This document shows positions 8,829-17,257 of a DNA stretch of 20,000 bases, one piece after another. Position 1 is the stretch's first letter. Each line of letters opens with the position of its first letter. The position numbers and the translations under genes were made by a program. This DNA comes from Candidatus Aminicenantales bacterium (GTDB lineage Bacteria; Acidobacteriota; Aminicenantia; Aminicenantales; UBA4085). A model generated the notes under the pieces. The model saw nothing but the letters and a program-made list of their open reading frames with translations, did no database searches and was not told where the DNA came from. The stretch is taken from contig JBEKTZ010000004.1 of assembly GCA_049515535.1 (NCBI GenBank), positions 181,462-201,461 on the forward strand. Reading direction: 5' to 3'.

Positions 8829-10148
8829 ATGGCGCGCCTGGATAAAGAAAGCCCGGATAGCCTGCTGCTCCAGATGGGGCCGTCCCATCCGGCCATGCAC
8901 GGCACGATCCGGATCAGTCTCGAACTCGACGGCGAACGAATCCTCCGTTCCGACGTGGAGGTCGGATATCTGCACCGGGGGTTCGAGAAGACCTGCGAGA
9001 ACCGGACGTATTTCAATTTGCTGATCTACACGGACAGGTTGAATTATGTTTCGCCCTTGATCAACAACGTCGGATACGCGATGACGATCGAAAAGTTGAT
9101 GGGCCTTCAGGTCCCCGAGCGAGCCCAGTTCATTCGGGTCCTCATGTCCGAGCTGTCCAGGATCTCCGATCACCTCACCTGCCTGGCCGCCATGGCCATG
9201 GAATGCGGCGCCTTCACGGTCTTCCTCTACAACATGAAAGCCCGCGAGTTCATTTGGGATGTCATCGAAGCGACGACCGGGGCGCGCATGACGACGTCTT
9301 ATATCCGCGTCGGAGGCGTCCGCGCCGATCTTCATCCGGATTATCGAGTTGCCGTCCGGAAAGCGGTCGCGGAAACGCGAAAGGTGCTCAAGGACGTCCA
9401 CGGCCTTCTCGATAAAAACAAGATTTTCCTCGACCGGACGAGAGACATCGCCGTGATGACGCCGGAAAACGCCATCGCCTACGGCTGGACGGGTCCCTGC
9501 CTCCGTTCGACGGGGGTCGCCTATGACGTCCGCAAGGCGCTTCCCTACCTGGTCTACGATCGGCTGCGCTTCGATATTCCCGTCGGAGACCGAGGCGATA
9601 ATTTCGACCGGTACATGGTCCGGATGAGGGAAATGGAACAAAGTCTGAGGATCGTCGAGCAGTGCTTGGACTCGCTGCCTCCCTCCTCGGTGACGCGGGC
9701 GGCCGACGACCTTGAACCGGCCGAGGCGATCCTCGCCGCGCGAACGAAAAAGCCGCGGCGCGGGATCAGGCTTTCGCCGAATCTCGAGGGCTCGGAAAAA
9801 GCCGTCTATGGTGACATTCTGGCCGGCGACAATCGTTCGATCGTCCCGCCCAAGGAAGAAACCTATACGTCGATCGAGGGCTTGATTTCCCATTTTCAAT
9901 TTTTCATGAAGGGCCACGGTCTCCGACCGCCCAAAGGCGAGGTCTATTTCTCCGTCGAAGGCGGCAACGGCGAGCTGGGGATTTATCTCGTCTCGGACGG
10001 CAGCGACCGGCCCTACCGCCTCCACCTGCGCGCGCCGTGCTTTCATGTCGTGGCGGCGCTCGAAGAGTTGATCCGGGGCCGCATGATCGCCGACGTCATT
10101 CCGACGTTCGGTTCGATGAACATGATCGGAGGGGAGTTGGACCGTTGA
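8829..10148 (+). CDS. nuoD: NADH-quinone oxidoreductase subunit D
   Basis: MGPSHPAMHG, GYLHRGFEK, DRLNY, GPCLRSTGVAYDVRK and C-terminal GELDR; no NiFe CxxC motifs. Confidence 0.96.
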   Translation: MARLDKESPDSLLLQMGPSHPAMHGTIRISLELDGERILRSDVEVGYLHRGFEKTCENRTYFNLLIYTDRLNYVSPLINNVGYAMTIEKLMGLQVPERAQFIRVLMSELSRISDHLTCLAAMAMECGAFTVFLYNMKAREFIWDVIEATTGARMTTSYIRVGGVRADLHPDYRVAVRKAVAETRKVLKDVHGLLDKNKIFLDRTRDIAVMTPENAIAYGWTGPCLRSTGVAYDVRKALPYLVYDRLRFDIPVGDRGDNFDRYMVRMREMEQSLRIVEQCLDSLPPSSVTRAADDLEPAEAILAARTKKPRRGIRLSPNLEGSEKAVYGDILAGDNRSIVPPKEETYTSIEGLISHFQFFMKGHGLRPPKGEVYFSVEGGNGELGIYLVSDGSDRPYRLHLRAPCFHVVAALEELIRGRMIADVIPTFGSMNMIGGELDR

Positions 10149-10618
10149 GCCGCGCATTTTCGCTTGCGTTGAAACAGAAGATCGACGAGACGCTGGCGCG
10201 CTATCCGGAAAAGCGGGCCGCCCTTCTTCCCGTCCTCCACCTCGTCCAGAACGAAACGGGCTTCATCTCCGCCGAGGACGAGCGGACGGTCGCTGCCCTT
10301 CTGGACATCAAGCCGATCATGGTCCGCGAGGTCGTGACGTTCTATACGATGTTCAACCAGAAGCCTCCGGGCCGCTTTCACATCCGGGTTTGTACTAACC
10401 TGAGCTGTTCGCTGGCCGGCGGAGAGAAGATGGTCGATTATCTCAAGACCAGACTGGGCCTTCAACCGGGCCAGACGACGCCGGACGGGAAATTCACGTT
10501 GACGGAAGTCGAATGCCTGGGGGGCTGCGACCAAGCCCCTTGCCTGATGGTCAATTTCGATCATTTTGGAAACCTGGACAGGGACAAGATCGAACGGCTC
10601 CTCGAAAGCTTGAAATGA
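10145..10618 (+). CDS. nuoE: NADH-quinone oxidoreductase subunit E (157 aa, probable TTG start)
   Basis: TTG at 10145 overlaps the nuoD stop and has GGAGGGGAG upstream. ALLPVLHLVQ, VTFYTMF, CTNLSC and ECLGGC ([2Fe-2S] N1a). Confidence 0.93.
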   Translation: MSRAFSLALKQKIDETLARYPEKRAALLPVLHLVQNETGFISAEDERTVAALLDIKPIMVREVVTFYTMFNQKPPGRFHIRVCTNLSCSLAGGEKMVDYLKTRLGLQPGQTTPDGKFTLTEVECLGGCDQAPCLMVNFDHFGNLDRDKIERLLESLK

Positions 10619-11886
10619 ATGCAGAACAGAAGATATTGACTCGGGATTTAGGTCCGGAGAACCTCCACCGGATAGACGTCTATCTTCAAAACGGCGGATA
10701 CCGGGCCGTCAAAAAGGCTCTGACTCATTGCCAACCCGGGCCGATCCTCGAAGAAATCAAAAAATCCGGCTTGCGCGGCAGGGGAGGAGCGGGTTTTCCC
10801 ACCGGGTTGAAGTGGAGTTTCGTCCCTCAAGAAACGGATACGGGGAAATATCTCTGCGTCAACGCCGATGAAGGCGAACCCGGGACGTTCAAAGATCGAT
10901 TTATTCTAGGCCATCTCCCGCATCTCCTCATTGAAGGCGTCATTATCGCCTCCTATGCCGTCGGAATTCCTACCGCCTACGTGTATATCCGGGGGGAATA
11001 CGAAACCCTCGCCCGGCGCCTGGAACTGGCGATAGATGAGGCCTATGAAAAAGGTTTCCTCGGAAAGGATATCTTGAAGAGCGGTTTCGACCTGGACCTA
11101 TTCGTGCACCGCGGTGCCGGCGCTTATATCTGCGGAGAGGAAACGGCGCTCCTCGAGTCTCTCGAAGGGAAACGCGGATATCCGCGCCTCAAGCCTCCAT
11201 TTCCAGCCAAGGTCGGCCTTTTTCAGAAGCCCACGGTGATCAACAATATTGAAACGCTGGCCAACGTCGCTCCTATTATTTTATACGGCGCGGACTGGTT
11301 TTTATCGCGAGGGCTGCCGAACGAAGGCGGGACCCGGCTTTTCGGCGTGAGCGGTGCCGTGACCAAGCCCGGCCTCTATGAGCTTCCTGTCGGAACGGGA
11401 CTGCGGGAGATCATCTTCACCCACGCGGGCGGCCTCAAGCCGGGCCGAAAGCTCAAAGCGGTCATTCCGGGCGGGATGTCCGCGCCTCTTTTAAAAGCCG
11501 ATGAGATCGACATCAAAATGGATGCGGATTCCGTAGCCGCCGTTGGATCAATGCTGGGCTCGGCCGCGATCATCGTCATCGACGATCGAACGCCGATTCT
11601 TACAGTGCTCAAAAAAATCGCGAGGTTTTACGCGCATGAATCCTGCGGACAATGCACGCCCTGCCGTTTAGGCTCGGCTTGGATCCTCAAGACCGTCGAC
11701 CGCATGGCCGGGGGAGAAGGGGAACCCGGCGACATCGACGCGTTGGCGCGCCTTGCCGCCAATATCCAGGGAAGGTCGCTTTGTCCTTTGGGTGAGGCGG
11801 AGTCTTTGTCCGTTTTGTCGATCGCTCATAAGTTCAGGGATGAGCTCGAGGATTCCTTGAAGAATCGGGCGATCATCCAGGAATGA
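10615..11886 (+). CDS. nuoF: NADH-quinone oxidoreductase subunit F (423 aa)
   Basis: ATG at 10615 (ATGA overlap). GLRGRGGAGFPTGLKW, NADEGEPGTFKDR, GAGAYICGEETALLESLEG and ESCGQCTPCR...CPLG (N3). Confidence 0.96.
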   Translation: MNAEQKILTRDLGPENLHRIDVYLQNGGYRAVKKALTHCQPGPILEEIKKSGLRGRGGAGFPTGLKWSFVPQETDTGKYLCVNADEGEPGTFKDRFILGHLPHLLIEGVIIASYAVGIPTAYVYIRGEYETLARRLELAIDEAYEKGFLGKDILKSGFDLDLFVHRGAGAYICGEETALLESLEGKRGYPRLKPPFPAKVGLFQKPTVINNIETLANVAPIILYGADWFLSRGLPNEGGTRLFGVSGAVTKPGLYELPVGTGLREIIFTHAGGLKPGRKLKAVIPGGMSAPLLKADEIDIKMDADSVAAVGSMLGSAAIIVIDDRTPILTVLKKIARFYAHESCGQCTPCRLGSAWILKTVDRMAGGEGEPGDIDALARLAANIQGRSLCPLGEAESLSVLSIAHKFRDELEDSLKNRAIIQE

Positions 11887-13454
11887 AGATGCCGAAGATC
11901 ATCATAGATGGAATTTCCCTCGAGGTCGAGGAGGGAATGACCATCCTCAAGGCCGCCGAGCGGGTGGGCGTTCATGTGCCTCGTTTCTGTTATCATCCGG
12001 CTTTTGTCCCGGAAGGGAGCTGCCGTCTCTGCTATGTCGAGATCGAAGGCTGCTCCAAGCTGGAACTCAGTTGCTCGACCGTGGTTAAGGACGGGATGAA
12101 CATCGCGACCCGGAGTCCGCGCGCGGTCGCGGCGCGGCGCAGCGTTTTGGAATTTCTTTTGGCCGAACACCCGCTGGATTGCCCGATTTGCGACAAAGCC
12201 GGCGAGTGCAAACTCCAGGACTACGCCTGGGAGCACGGCCTTGTGGAAAGCGAGTTCCGAGAAGTCAAGGAAAAGCGGGAGAAGAAGATTCCTATCGCAG
12301 CGAGGCTCGTCCTCGACCGGGAGCGATGTGTTTTGTGCACGCGCTGCGTCAGATTTCTCGAAGAGATCACGGCGACGCGCGAGCTCGGCCTTTTCGAACG
12401 GGGCATTCGCGCCGAGGTCTCGACCTACCATGGGGAACTCGTTCAAACCCATTACTCGGGCAACCTCGCGGACCTGTGTCCCGTCGGCGCGATCACGGAC
12501 ACGGAATTCCGCTTCAAGGCCCGCACCTGGTTCCTGGCTCCGGCGGAATCGATCTGCCCTCTCTGCAGCCGCGGCTGCCATATATATATCGACTATCATT
12601 CCGGTTTTCCTCGTCAGCCGGGATCAGCGAAGGTCTATAGGATTCGCCCGCGCGTCAACGATGCCGTCAACGGACCGTGGATCTGCGACATGGGGCGGTA
12701 CGGATTCGTCGATCGGCAACAAAATAACCGCTGGTCGAAACTCTGCTGGAACAAAAGGGATCCGAAGACCGAGTTGAACTGGGAGAAAGCTTTGGATCTG
12801 ATCGCGGCAAGAATCCGAAGCCTGCGGGAGGGGGAAGGGAAGCCTCCGGGCCGGATCACGATGATCCTCACGTCGTGGCTGACCAACGAAGAGCTCTATT
12901 TAATAAAAAAGATGTTTCAACAGGAGTTGAACGTAACGGATATTTATTTCGCCGACCCGAAGCCCGGCGCCGGAGACGACTTTCTGCTCCGGCCCGAGCG
13001 CTCTCCCAATCGAAGAGGCGCGCTGGAAATGGGATATGATCTCAAGCCGGTCGTCATGGAGACGGCGGTTCGCGACACCGACATGCTCTTGGTTTTCGGC
13101 CCTTTCATCGGCGAGTCTTTCACGGCGGAAGAGATGAAGGATGTTATCGTTGACATCCCCGCCAAAATCCTCATTACGTCGCACGAGAGCGGGCTTGAAT
13201 CCCTGTTCGATTTTGTTTTGCCGTCCGCTTTCATCTCCGAGAAAAGCGGCTCGCTGACGAACATCGACGGCCGTATTCAAAAATTTCGAGCGGCCGTCCC
13301 TCAGTCCGGCTCCGCCAAGCCGGAATGGGAAATTCTCTTGGAGTTGGCGAAAGCCCTGCCCGTGTTCGCTGACCGGCTCGGCCGATGGAAGGACCCGTTT
13401 TCCATTTTCGAGGACATGGGCAAGGAGGTTCCGTTTTTCGGAATACGGACATGA
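11883..13454 (+). CDS. nuoG: NADH-quinone oxidoreductase subunit G, short form (523 aa)
   Basis: N1b CYH...GSCRLC...C, N5 HPLDCPICDKAGEC, N4 CVLCTRC...CPVGA, N7 CPLCSRGC...ICD, followed by a shortened molybdopterin-oxidoreductase-like C-terminal domain. Confidence 0.9.
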   Translation: MKMPKIIIDGISLEVEEGMTILKAAERVGVHVPRFCYHPAFVPEGSCRLCYVEIEGCSKLELSCSTVVKDGMNIATRSPRAVAARRSVLEFLLAEHPLDCPICDKAGECKLQDYAWEHGLVESEFREVKEKREKKIPIAARLVLDRERCVLCTRCVRFLEEITATRELGLFERGIRAEVSTYHGELVQTHYSGNLADLCPVGAITDTEFRFKARTWFLAPAESICPLCSRGCHIYIDYHSGFPRQPGSAKVYRIRPRVNDAVNGPWICDMGRYGFVDRQQNNRWSKLCWNKRDPKTELNWEKALDLIAARIRSLREGEGKPPGRITMILTSWLTNEELYLIKKMFQQELNVTDIYFADPKPGAGDDFLLRPERSPNRRGALEMGYDLKPVVMETAVRDTDMLLVFGPFIGESFTAEEMKDVIVDIPAKILITSHESGLESLFDFVLPSAFISEKSGSLTNIDGRIQKFRAAVPQSGSAKPEWEILLELAKALPVFADRLGRWKDPFSIFEDMGKEVPFFGIRT

Positions 13455-14524
13455 CGGACCTCGGCATTGTTCTGATCAAGATCGTTTTGGCCCTCACCTG
13501 GTTCTTGCTCCTGACGCTCTTTTTGACTTGGGTCGAGCGGAAGGAAAGCGCCGTCATTCAGGACCGGATCGGGGCCAACCGGGCTTCGATTTTCGGACTT
13601 CGCCTCCTCGGGCTGTTTCAGCCGTTCGCCGACGCCATCAAGATGATTTTCAAGGAGGATTTCGTCCCTGCTTTTTCGAGGAAGTTCCTTCACACACTGG
13701 CGCCCTTTTTGTCTTTCTTTTTCGTCGCCGTCGCTATTGCGGCCGTGCCGTTCGGCGACGATATCCGCGTCGCCGGAAAGACGATCAGCCTTCAAATCTT
13801 CGACTCCGATATCGGCCTCCTTTTTGTTTTAGCCATGCTCTCCATGGGCATTTACGGTATTTTGATCGGCGGCTGGGCATCCAATAGCAAGTTCGCCCTT
13901 CTGGGCGGACTTCGCGGAGCCGCGCAACTCGTCTCATACGAAGTGGCGATGGGGTTATCGCTTGTCGGCATGATCATGGTCTATCCATCGCTCCGGATGT
14001 CCGCGATCGTCCGGGCCCAAGGCAGGCTCTTGTTCGGATTTCTGCCGGCCTGGGGGGTCTTTCTCCAGCCTCTCGGCTTCCTCGTTTTCTTTTGCGCCGC
14101 GCTGGCGGAGACCAAACGCGTTCCGTTCGACCTCCCGGAGGGAGAATCCGAGATCATCGGCTTTTTCACGGAATATGGCGGGCTGAAATGGGGCTTGTTC
14201 ATGATGACGGATTTCATGGAAATCATTATCGTCTCCTGCTTGCTGACGACGCTTTTTTTCGGAGGCTGGCAGGCTCCGGGGCTCGGCCCGGGCGGGATGC
14301 ATTTCCCATGGGGATGGACCTGGCCCCTCGCCCCCTGGCTCGTGTCGCTCCTCCAGGTGGCGGTTTTCAATCTCAAAGTTCTCTTTTTCTGCTGGCTGCA
14401 GATCCTGATCCGATGGACATTTCCGCGGATGCGCTATGACCAACTCATGGACCTGGGCTGGAAACTGCTCGTTCCGCTCGGGCTCCTGAATATTCTGGGC
14501 ACGGGCTTCCTGATGAGTTTGTGA
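13451..14524 (+). CDS. nuoH: NADH-quinone oxidoreductase subunit H (357 aa)
   Basis: ATG at 13451 (ATGA overlap). WVERK...QDRIGANR, QPFADAIK, GWASNSKFALLGGLR..AQLVSYE, ETKRVPFDLPEGESE and PRMRYDQLM. Confidence 0.96.
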   Translation: MTDLGIVLIKIVLALTWFLLLTLFLTWVERKESAVIQDRIGANRASIFGLRLLGLFQPFADAIKMIFKEDFVPAFSRKFLHTLAPFLSFFFVAVAIAAVPFGDDIRVAGKTISLQIFDSDIGLLFVLAMLSMGIYGILIGGWASNSKFALLGGLRGAAQLVSYEVAMGLSLVGMIMVYPSLRMSAIVRAQGRLLFGFLPAWGVFLQPLGFLVFFCAALAETKRVPFDLPEGESEIIGFFTEYGGLKWGLFMMTDFMEIIIVSCLLTTLFFGGWQAPGLGPGGMHFPWGWTWPLAPWLVSLLQVAVFNLKVLFFCWLQILIRWTFPRMRYDQLMDLGWKLLVPLGLLNILGTGFLMSL

Positions 14525-14525
14525 C

Positions 14526-15008
14526 ATGATCAAGGCGCTCGGCTATTTCATGGAACTGATCAAAGGGATCGCGATCACGGCGCGGCATTTCGTCGTGAAT
14601 ATGGGATTCCATACGCTGAAGTTCGTCGGCATCAAGACGAAGCGCCGGGGCGCCGTGACGATTCAATATCCCGAACAGAAAAAAGATCTGGCCCGCCGCC
14701 ACCGCAGTTTGCACCGGCTGATGACGCGTGCGGACGGAAAGCCCCGCTGCGTGGCTTGCTTCCTATGCGCTACGGTCTGTCCCTCGGAATGCATCGCGAT
14801 CGAAGCCGCTGAAGATCCTGACCCCGAGATCCAGAAATATCCCGCGGCGTTCGTCATCGACCTTAATCGCTGTTGTTTCTGCGGATTCTGCGTGGAGGCC
14901 TGCCCGGAGGACGCAATCCGCATGGACACGGCTGAAATCGACCTGGCCGAATATTCACATGAAGACCTGATCTACCGCCTCGACAGGCTTCTGGACGGCA
15001 AAGATTGA
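14526..15008 (+). CDS. nuoI: NADH-quinone oxidoreductase subunit I
   Basis: VTIQYPE and two ferredoxin motifs, CVACFLCATVCP and CCFCGFCVEACP (N6a/N6b). Confidence 0.95.
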   Translation: MIKALGYFMELIKGIAITARHFVVNMGFHTLKFVGIKTKRRGAVTIQYPEQKKDLARRHRSLHRLMTRADGKPRCVACFLCATVCPSECIAIEAAEDPDPEIQKYPAAFVIDLNRCCFCGFCVEACPEDAIRMDTAEIDLAEYSHEDLIYRLDRLLDGKD

Positions 15009-15031
15009 GCGGCGGGAACGGGCCGGTCGCA

Positions 15032-15087
15032 TTGACTTTAGCCTCGAAACGCATATAATACTAACCTTTTATAAATCATAAGGAGGT
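15032..15087 (+). promoter_or_regulatory. Sigma70 promoter and RBS for the malic enzyme gene
   Basis: TTGACT (15032-15037), 16-bp spacer, TATAAT (15054-15059); TAAGGAGGT at 15079-15087. Confidence 0.75.
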
Positions 15088-15095
15088 TTTCGCGC

Positions 15096-16445
15096 ATGAA
15101 AAAAGTGACCGTCGAGGAATTGCTCAAGAAGGCCGAGCAGCCCTCTAAGGATGCCCCCCGCCTTCATAAGTTCTACAAAGGCAAAATGGGCGTATCGGTG
15201 AAGTGCCGCGTCCGGGACTTCAATGATTTTGCCATCTGGTACACGCCCGGCGTCGCCGCGGTCTGCAAGGAGATCCAGGCCGACCGGGAAAAAGTTTACG
15301 AATACACGAACAAATGGAACAACGTGGCCGTCATCAGCGACGGCACGCGCGTGCTAGGGCTGGGCGACATCGGCCCAGAGGCCGGGCTTCCGGTCATGGA
15401 GGGCAAGGGCCTGCTCTACAAGTACTTGGGCGGCGTGGACGCGTTTCCGCTCTGCTTGAACGAGAAGGACCCGGACAAGATCATCGATATCTGCAAAGCG
15501 CTCCAGCCTTCCTTCGGAGGCTTTAATCTCGAGGACATTTCCCAACCGAAGTGCTTCAAGATTCTCGACACGCTGCGGACCGCGTGCGAAATCCCCGTCT
15601 GGCACGACGACCAGCAGGGGACGGCTTGCGTCACGGTGGCCGGTTTGATCAACGCTCTCAAGATCGTCAAAAAAGATATCCAAGCGGTTAAGTGCACGAT
15701 CATCGGCTCCGGCGCTTCGGGAATCGCCATCGCCCGTTTGATGATGAAAGCGGGATTCAGCCCCGAGAATATGATGTCGGTCGATACCAAGGGGATCCTC
15801 TCCCGCGATCGCGCGGATCGCGAGACGCTGCAGACGAAATTCAAGGAGAAATGGGATATTTGCATGCGGACGAATCCCCAATGCCGGCACGGACAGGTTC
15901 CCGACGCCATTAAAGGCGCGGACGTGCTCGTGTGCTGTTCGACGCCCGGACCCGGAACCATCAAGGCCGAGTGGATCAAAACCATGGCGCCCAACTCCAT
16001 CGTTTTTGCCGAAGCCAATCCGGTGCCCGAGATATGGCCGTGGGAAGCCAAGGAGGCAGGCGCCCGCGTCGTTGCGACGGGCCGGTCGGACTTCCCGAAC
16101 CAAGTCAATAACTCATTGGGATTCCCCGGCATTTTCCGCGGTGCGCTCGACGTCAGGGCCAAGACGATCACGGACGAGATGTGTATCGCCGCCGCAAAAG
16201 AGCTGGCCAAGGTCGCCGAGGACAAAGGCATCCATGAGGAATATATCATCCCCAATATGGACGAGTGGGAAGTCTTCCCGCGCGAGGCCGTGGCTGTCGG
16301 ATCGAAAGCCATCGAACAGGGCGTGGCCCGTTTTAAGTTCTCGGCCGCTGAACGCTTCAAAATGGCCGAAGAGGCCATCCGGAACTCCCGGAACGAAGTC
16401 CAGTGGATGATGAAGGAAGGATTCATCCTCGACCCCGATAAATAA
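15096..16445 (+). CDS. NAD(P)-dependent malic enzyme (short type, no PTA domain)
   Basis: WYTPGVA, SDGTRVLGLGDIGPEAGLPVMEGK, NLEDISQPKCF, WHDDQQGTA, GSGASG, ANPVPEI and ATGRSDFPNQVNN. Confidence 0.95.
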   Translation: MKKVTVEELLKKAEQPSKDAPRLHKFYKGKMGVSVKCRVRDFNDFAIWYTPGVAAVCKEIQADREKVYEYTNKWNNVAVISDGTRVLGLGDIGPEAGLPVMEGKGLLYKYLGGVDAFPLCLNEKDPDKIIDICKALQPSFGGFNLEDISQPKCFKILDTLRTACEIPVWHDDQQGTACVTVAGLINALKIVKKDIQAVKCTIIGSGASGIAIARLMMKAGFSPENMMSVDTKGILSRDRADRETLQTKFKEKWDICMRTNPQCRHGQVPDAIKGADVLVCCSTPGPGTIKAEWIKTMAPNSIVFAEANPVPEIWPWEAKEAGARVVATGRSDFPNQVNNSLGFPGIFRGALDVRAKTITDEMCIAAAKELAKVAEDKGIHEEYIIPNMDEWEVFPREAVAVGSKAIEQGVARFKFSAAERFKMAEEAIRNSRNEVQWMMKEGFILDPDK

Positions 16446-16473
16446 GGAATTCCGACGAGAAAAAAATAGGCAT

Positions 16474-16502
16474 TTGAGTTGACTTTTAGCTGAAAATATG
16501 CT
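16474..16502 (+). promoter_or_regulatory. Candidate sigma70 promoter for the lipoprotein/L,D-transpeptidase operon
   Basis: TTGAGT (16474-16479), 17-bp spacer, TATGCT (16497-16502); predicted +1 near 16509. Confidence 0.5.
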
Positions 16503-16507
16503 ATTTC

Positions 16508-16555
16508 TTGGGTGCTGATAATCAAGGTTAAAGCCTATTGATTTCAGCGTCCCAA
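16508..16555 (+). promoter_or_regulatory. Long imperfect stem-loop in the 5' leader of the lipoprotein gene
   Basis: TTGGG-TGCTGA-T-AATCAA-GGT [TAAA loop] GCC-TA-TTGATT-TCAGCG-T-CCCAA: about 20 bp of pairing with G:U pairs and small bulges. Confidence 0.55.
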
Positions 16556-16624
16556 CGAGGTAAATAGAAAAGGGTAATTATTTTTTTGACAAGATAAAAA
16601 AATCATGAGAAGGAGGTACAATTC

Positions 16625-17224
16625 ATGAAAGGTTTTAAGAAGAATCTTGTCCTCGTGTTGGCGATCGCTGTCGTGCTGTCGGCCTGCAAAGCGCCCACCC
16701 AGCAGATCAACGACGTCAAGGCCGCTATCGAAGACGTGACGAAAGCCGGCGCCGATAAATACGCCGCCGACGATCTCAAGAAGCTGAACGCCGATTTGAC
16801 GGCCGCTCTGGACGAAGTCGCCGCCCAAGAGAAAAAGTTCTTCAAGAAATTCGGGACGGCCAAGGAAATGCTGACCAAGTTGGCCGGCGATGTCGAGGCT
16901 TTAAAGACGGCCCTTCCCGCCAAGATTGAGGCGGCCAGGCTCGCGGCGATCCAGCTGCAGGGCGAAGCCAAGACCGCCATCGATCAGGCCAAGGCCCTTC
17001 TCGCCAAGGCTCCCACCGGCAAAGGGACGAAGAAAGACATCGATGCGATGAAGGAAGACTTGAAGGGCGCCGAAACGGCTTTTGCCGACATTCAGAAGGC
17101 CCTCGACGCCAAGGATTATATCGCCGCCGCCAATACGGCCAAGTCCGTCAAGGATAAAGCCGTGGCGATTTCCGATCAAGTCAAGGCCGCTATCGAAAAA
17201 GTGACGGGCAAGAAAATCAACTGA
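16625..17224 (+). CDS. Ala/Lys-rich helical (coiled-coil) lipoprotein, DUF4398-like, 199 aa
   Basis: AAGGAGGT RBS, lipobox VLSA-C (Cys20), AGA..YA motif, all-helical heptad-like pattern, strong GCC/AAG codon bias, and basic C-terminus ...VTGKKIN. Confidence 0.8.
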   Translation: MKGFKKNLVLVLAIAVVLSACKAPTQQINDVKAAIEDVTKAGADKYAADDLKKLNADLTAALDEVAAQEKKFFKKFGTAKEMLTKLAGDVEALKTALPAKIEAARLAAIQLQGEAKTAIDQAKALLAKAPTGKGTKKDIDAMKEDLKGAETAFADIQKALDAKDYIAAANTAKSVKDKAVAISDQVKAAIEKVTGKKIN

Positions 17225-17229
17225 GCCTC

Positions 17230-17257
17230 GTTCACTGGTCCGGTAGTGAGTTCTTTT
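17230..17257 (+). terminator. Weak intrinsic terminator/attenuator between the lipoprotein gene and the first YkuD gene
   Basis: Stem GTTCACTG (17230-17237) / TAGTGAGT (17244-17251) with G:U pairs, followed by TCTTTT. Confidence 0.45.

Noticed and set aside
7884..10148. Group 4 [NiFe]-hydrogenase interpretation of the nuoB/C/D genes
   Set aside because: The large subunit lacks both CxxC Ni-binding motifs and ends GELDR; the small subunit has the tandem CC of NuoB.
5959..16525. Long antisense ORFs (5959-7473, 8742-10157, 11826-12599, 15354-16103, 15416-16525)
   Set aside because: They overlap well-conserved genes on the opposite strand and are the expected shadows in GC-rich, codon-biased DNA.
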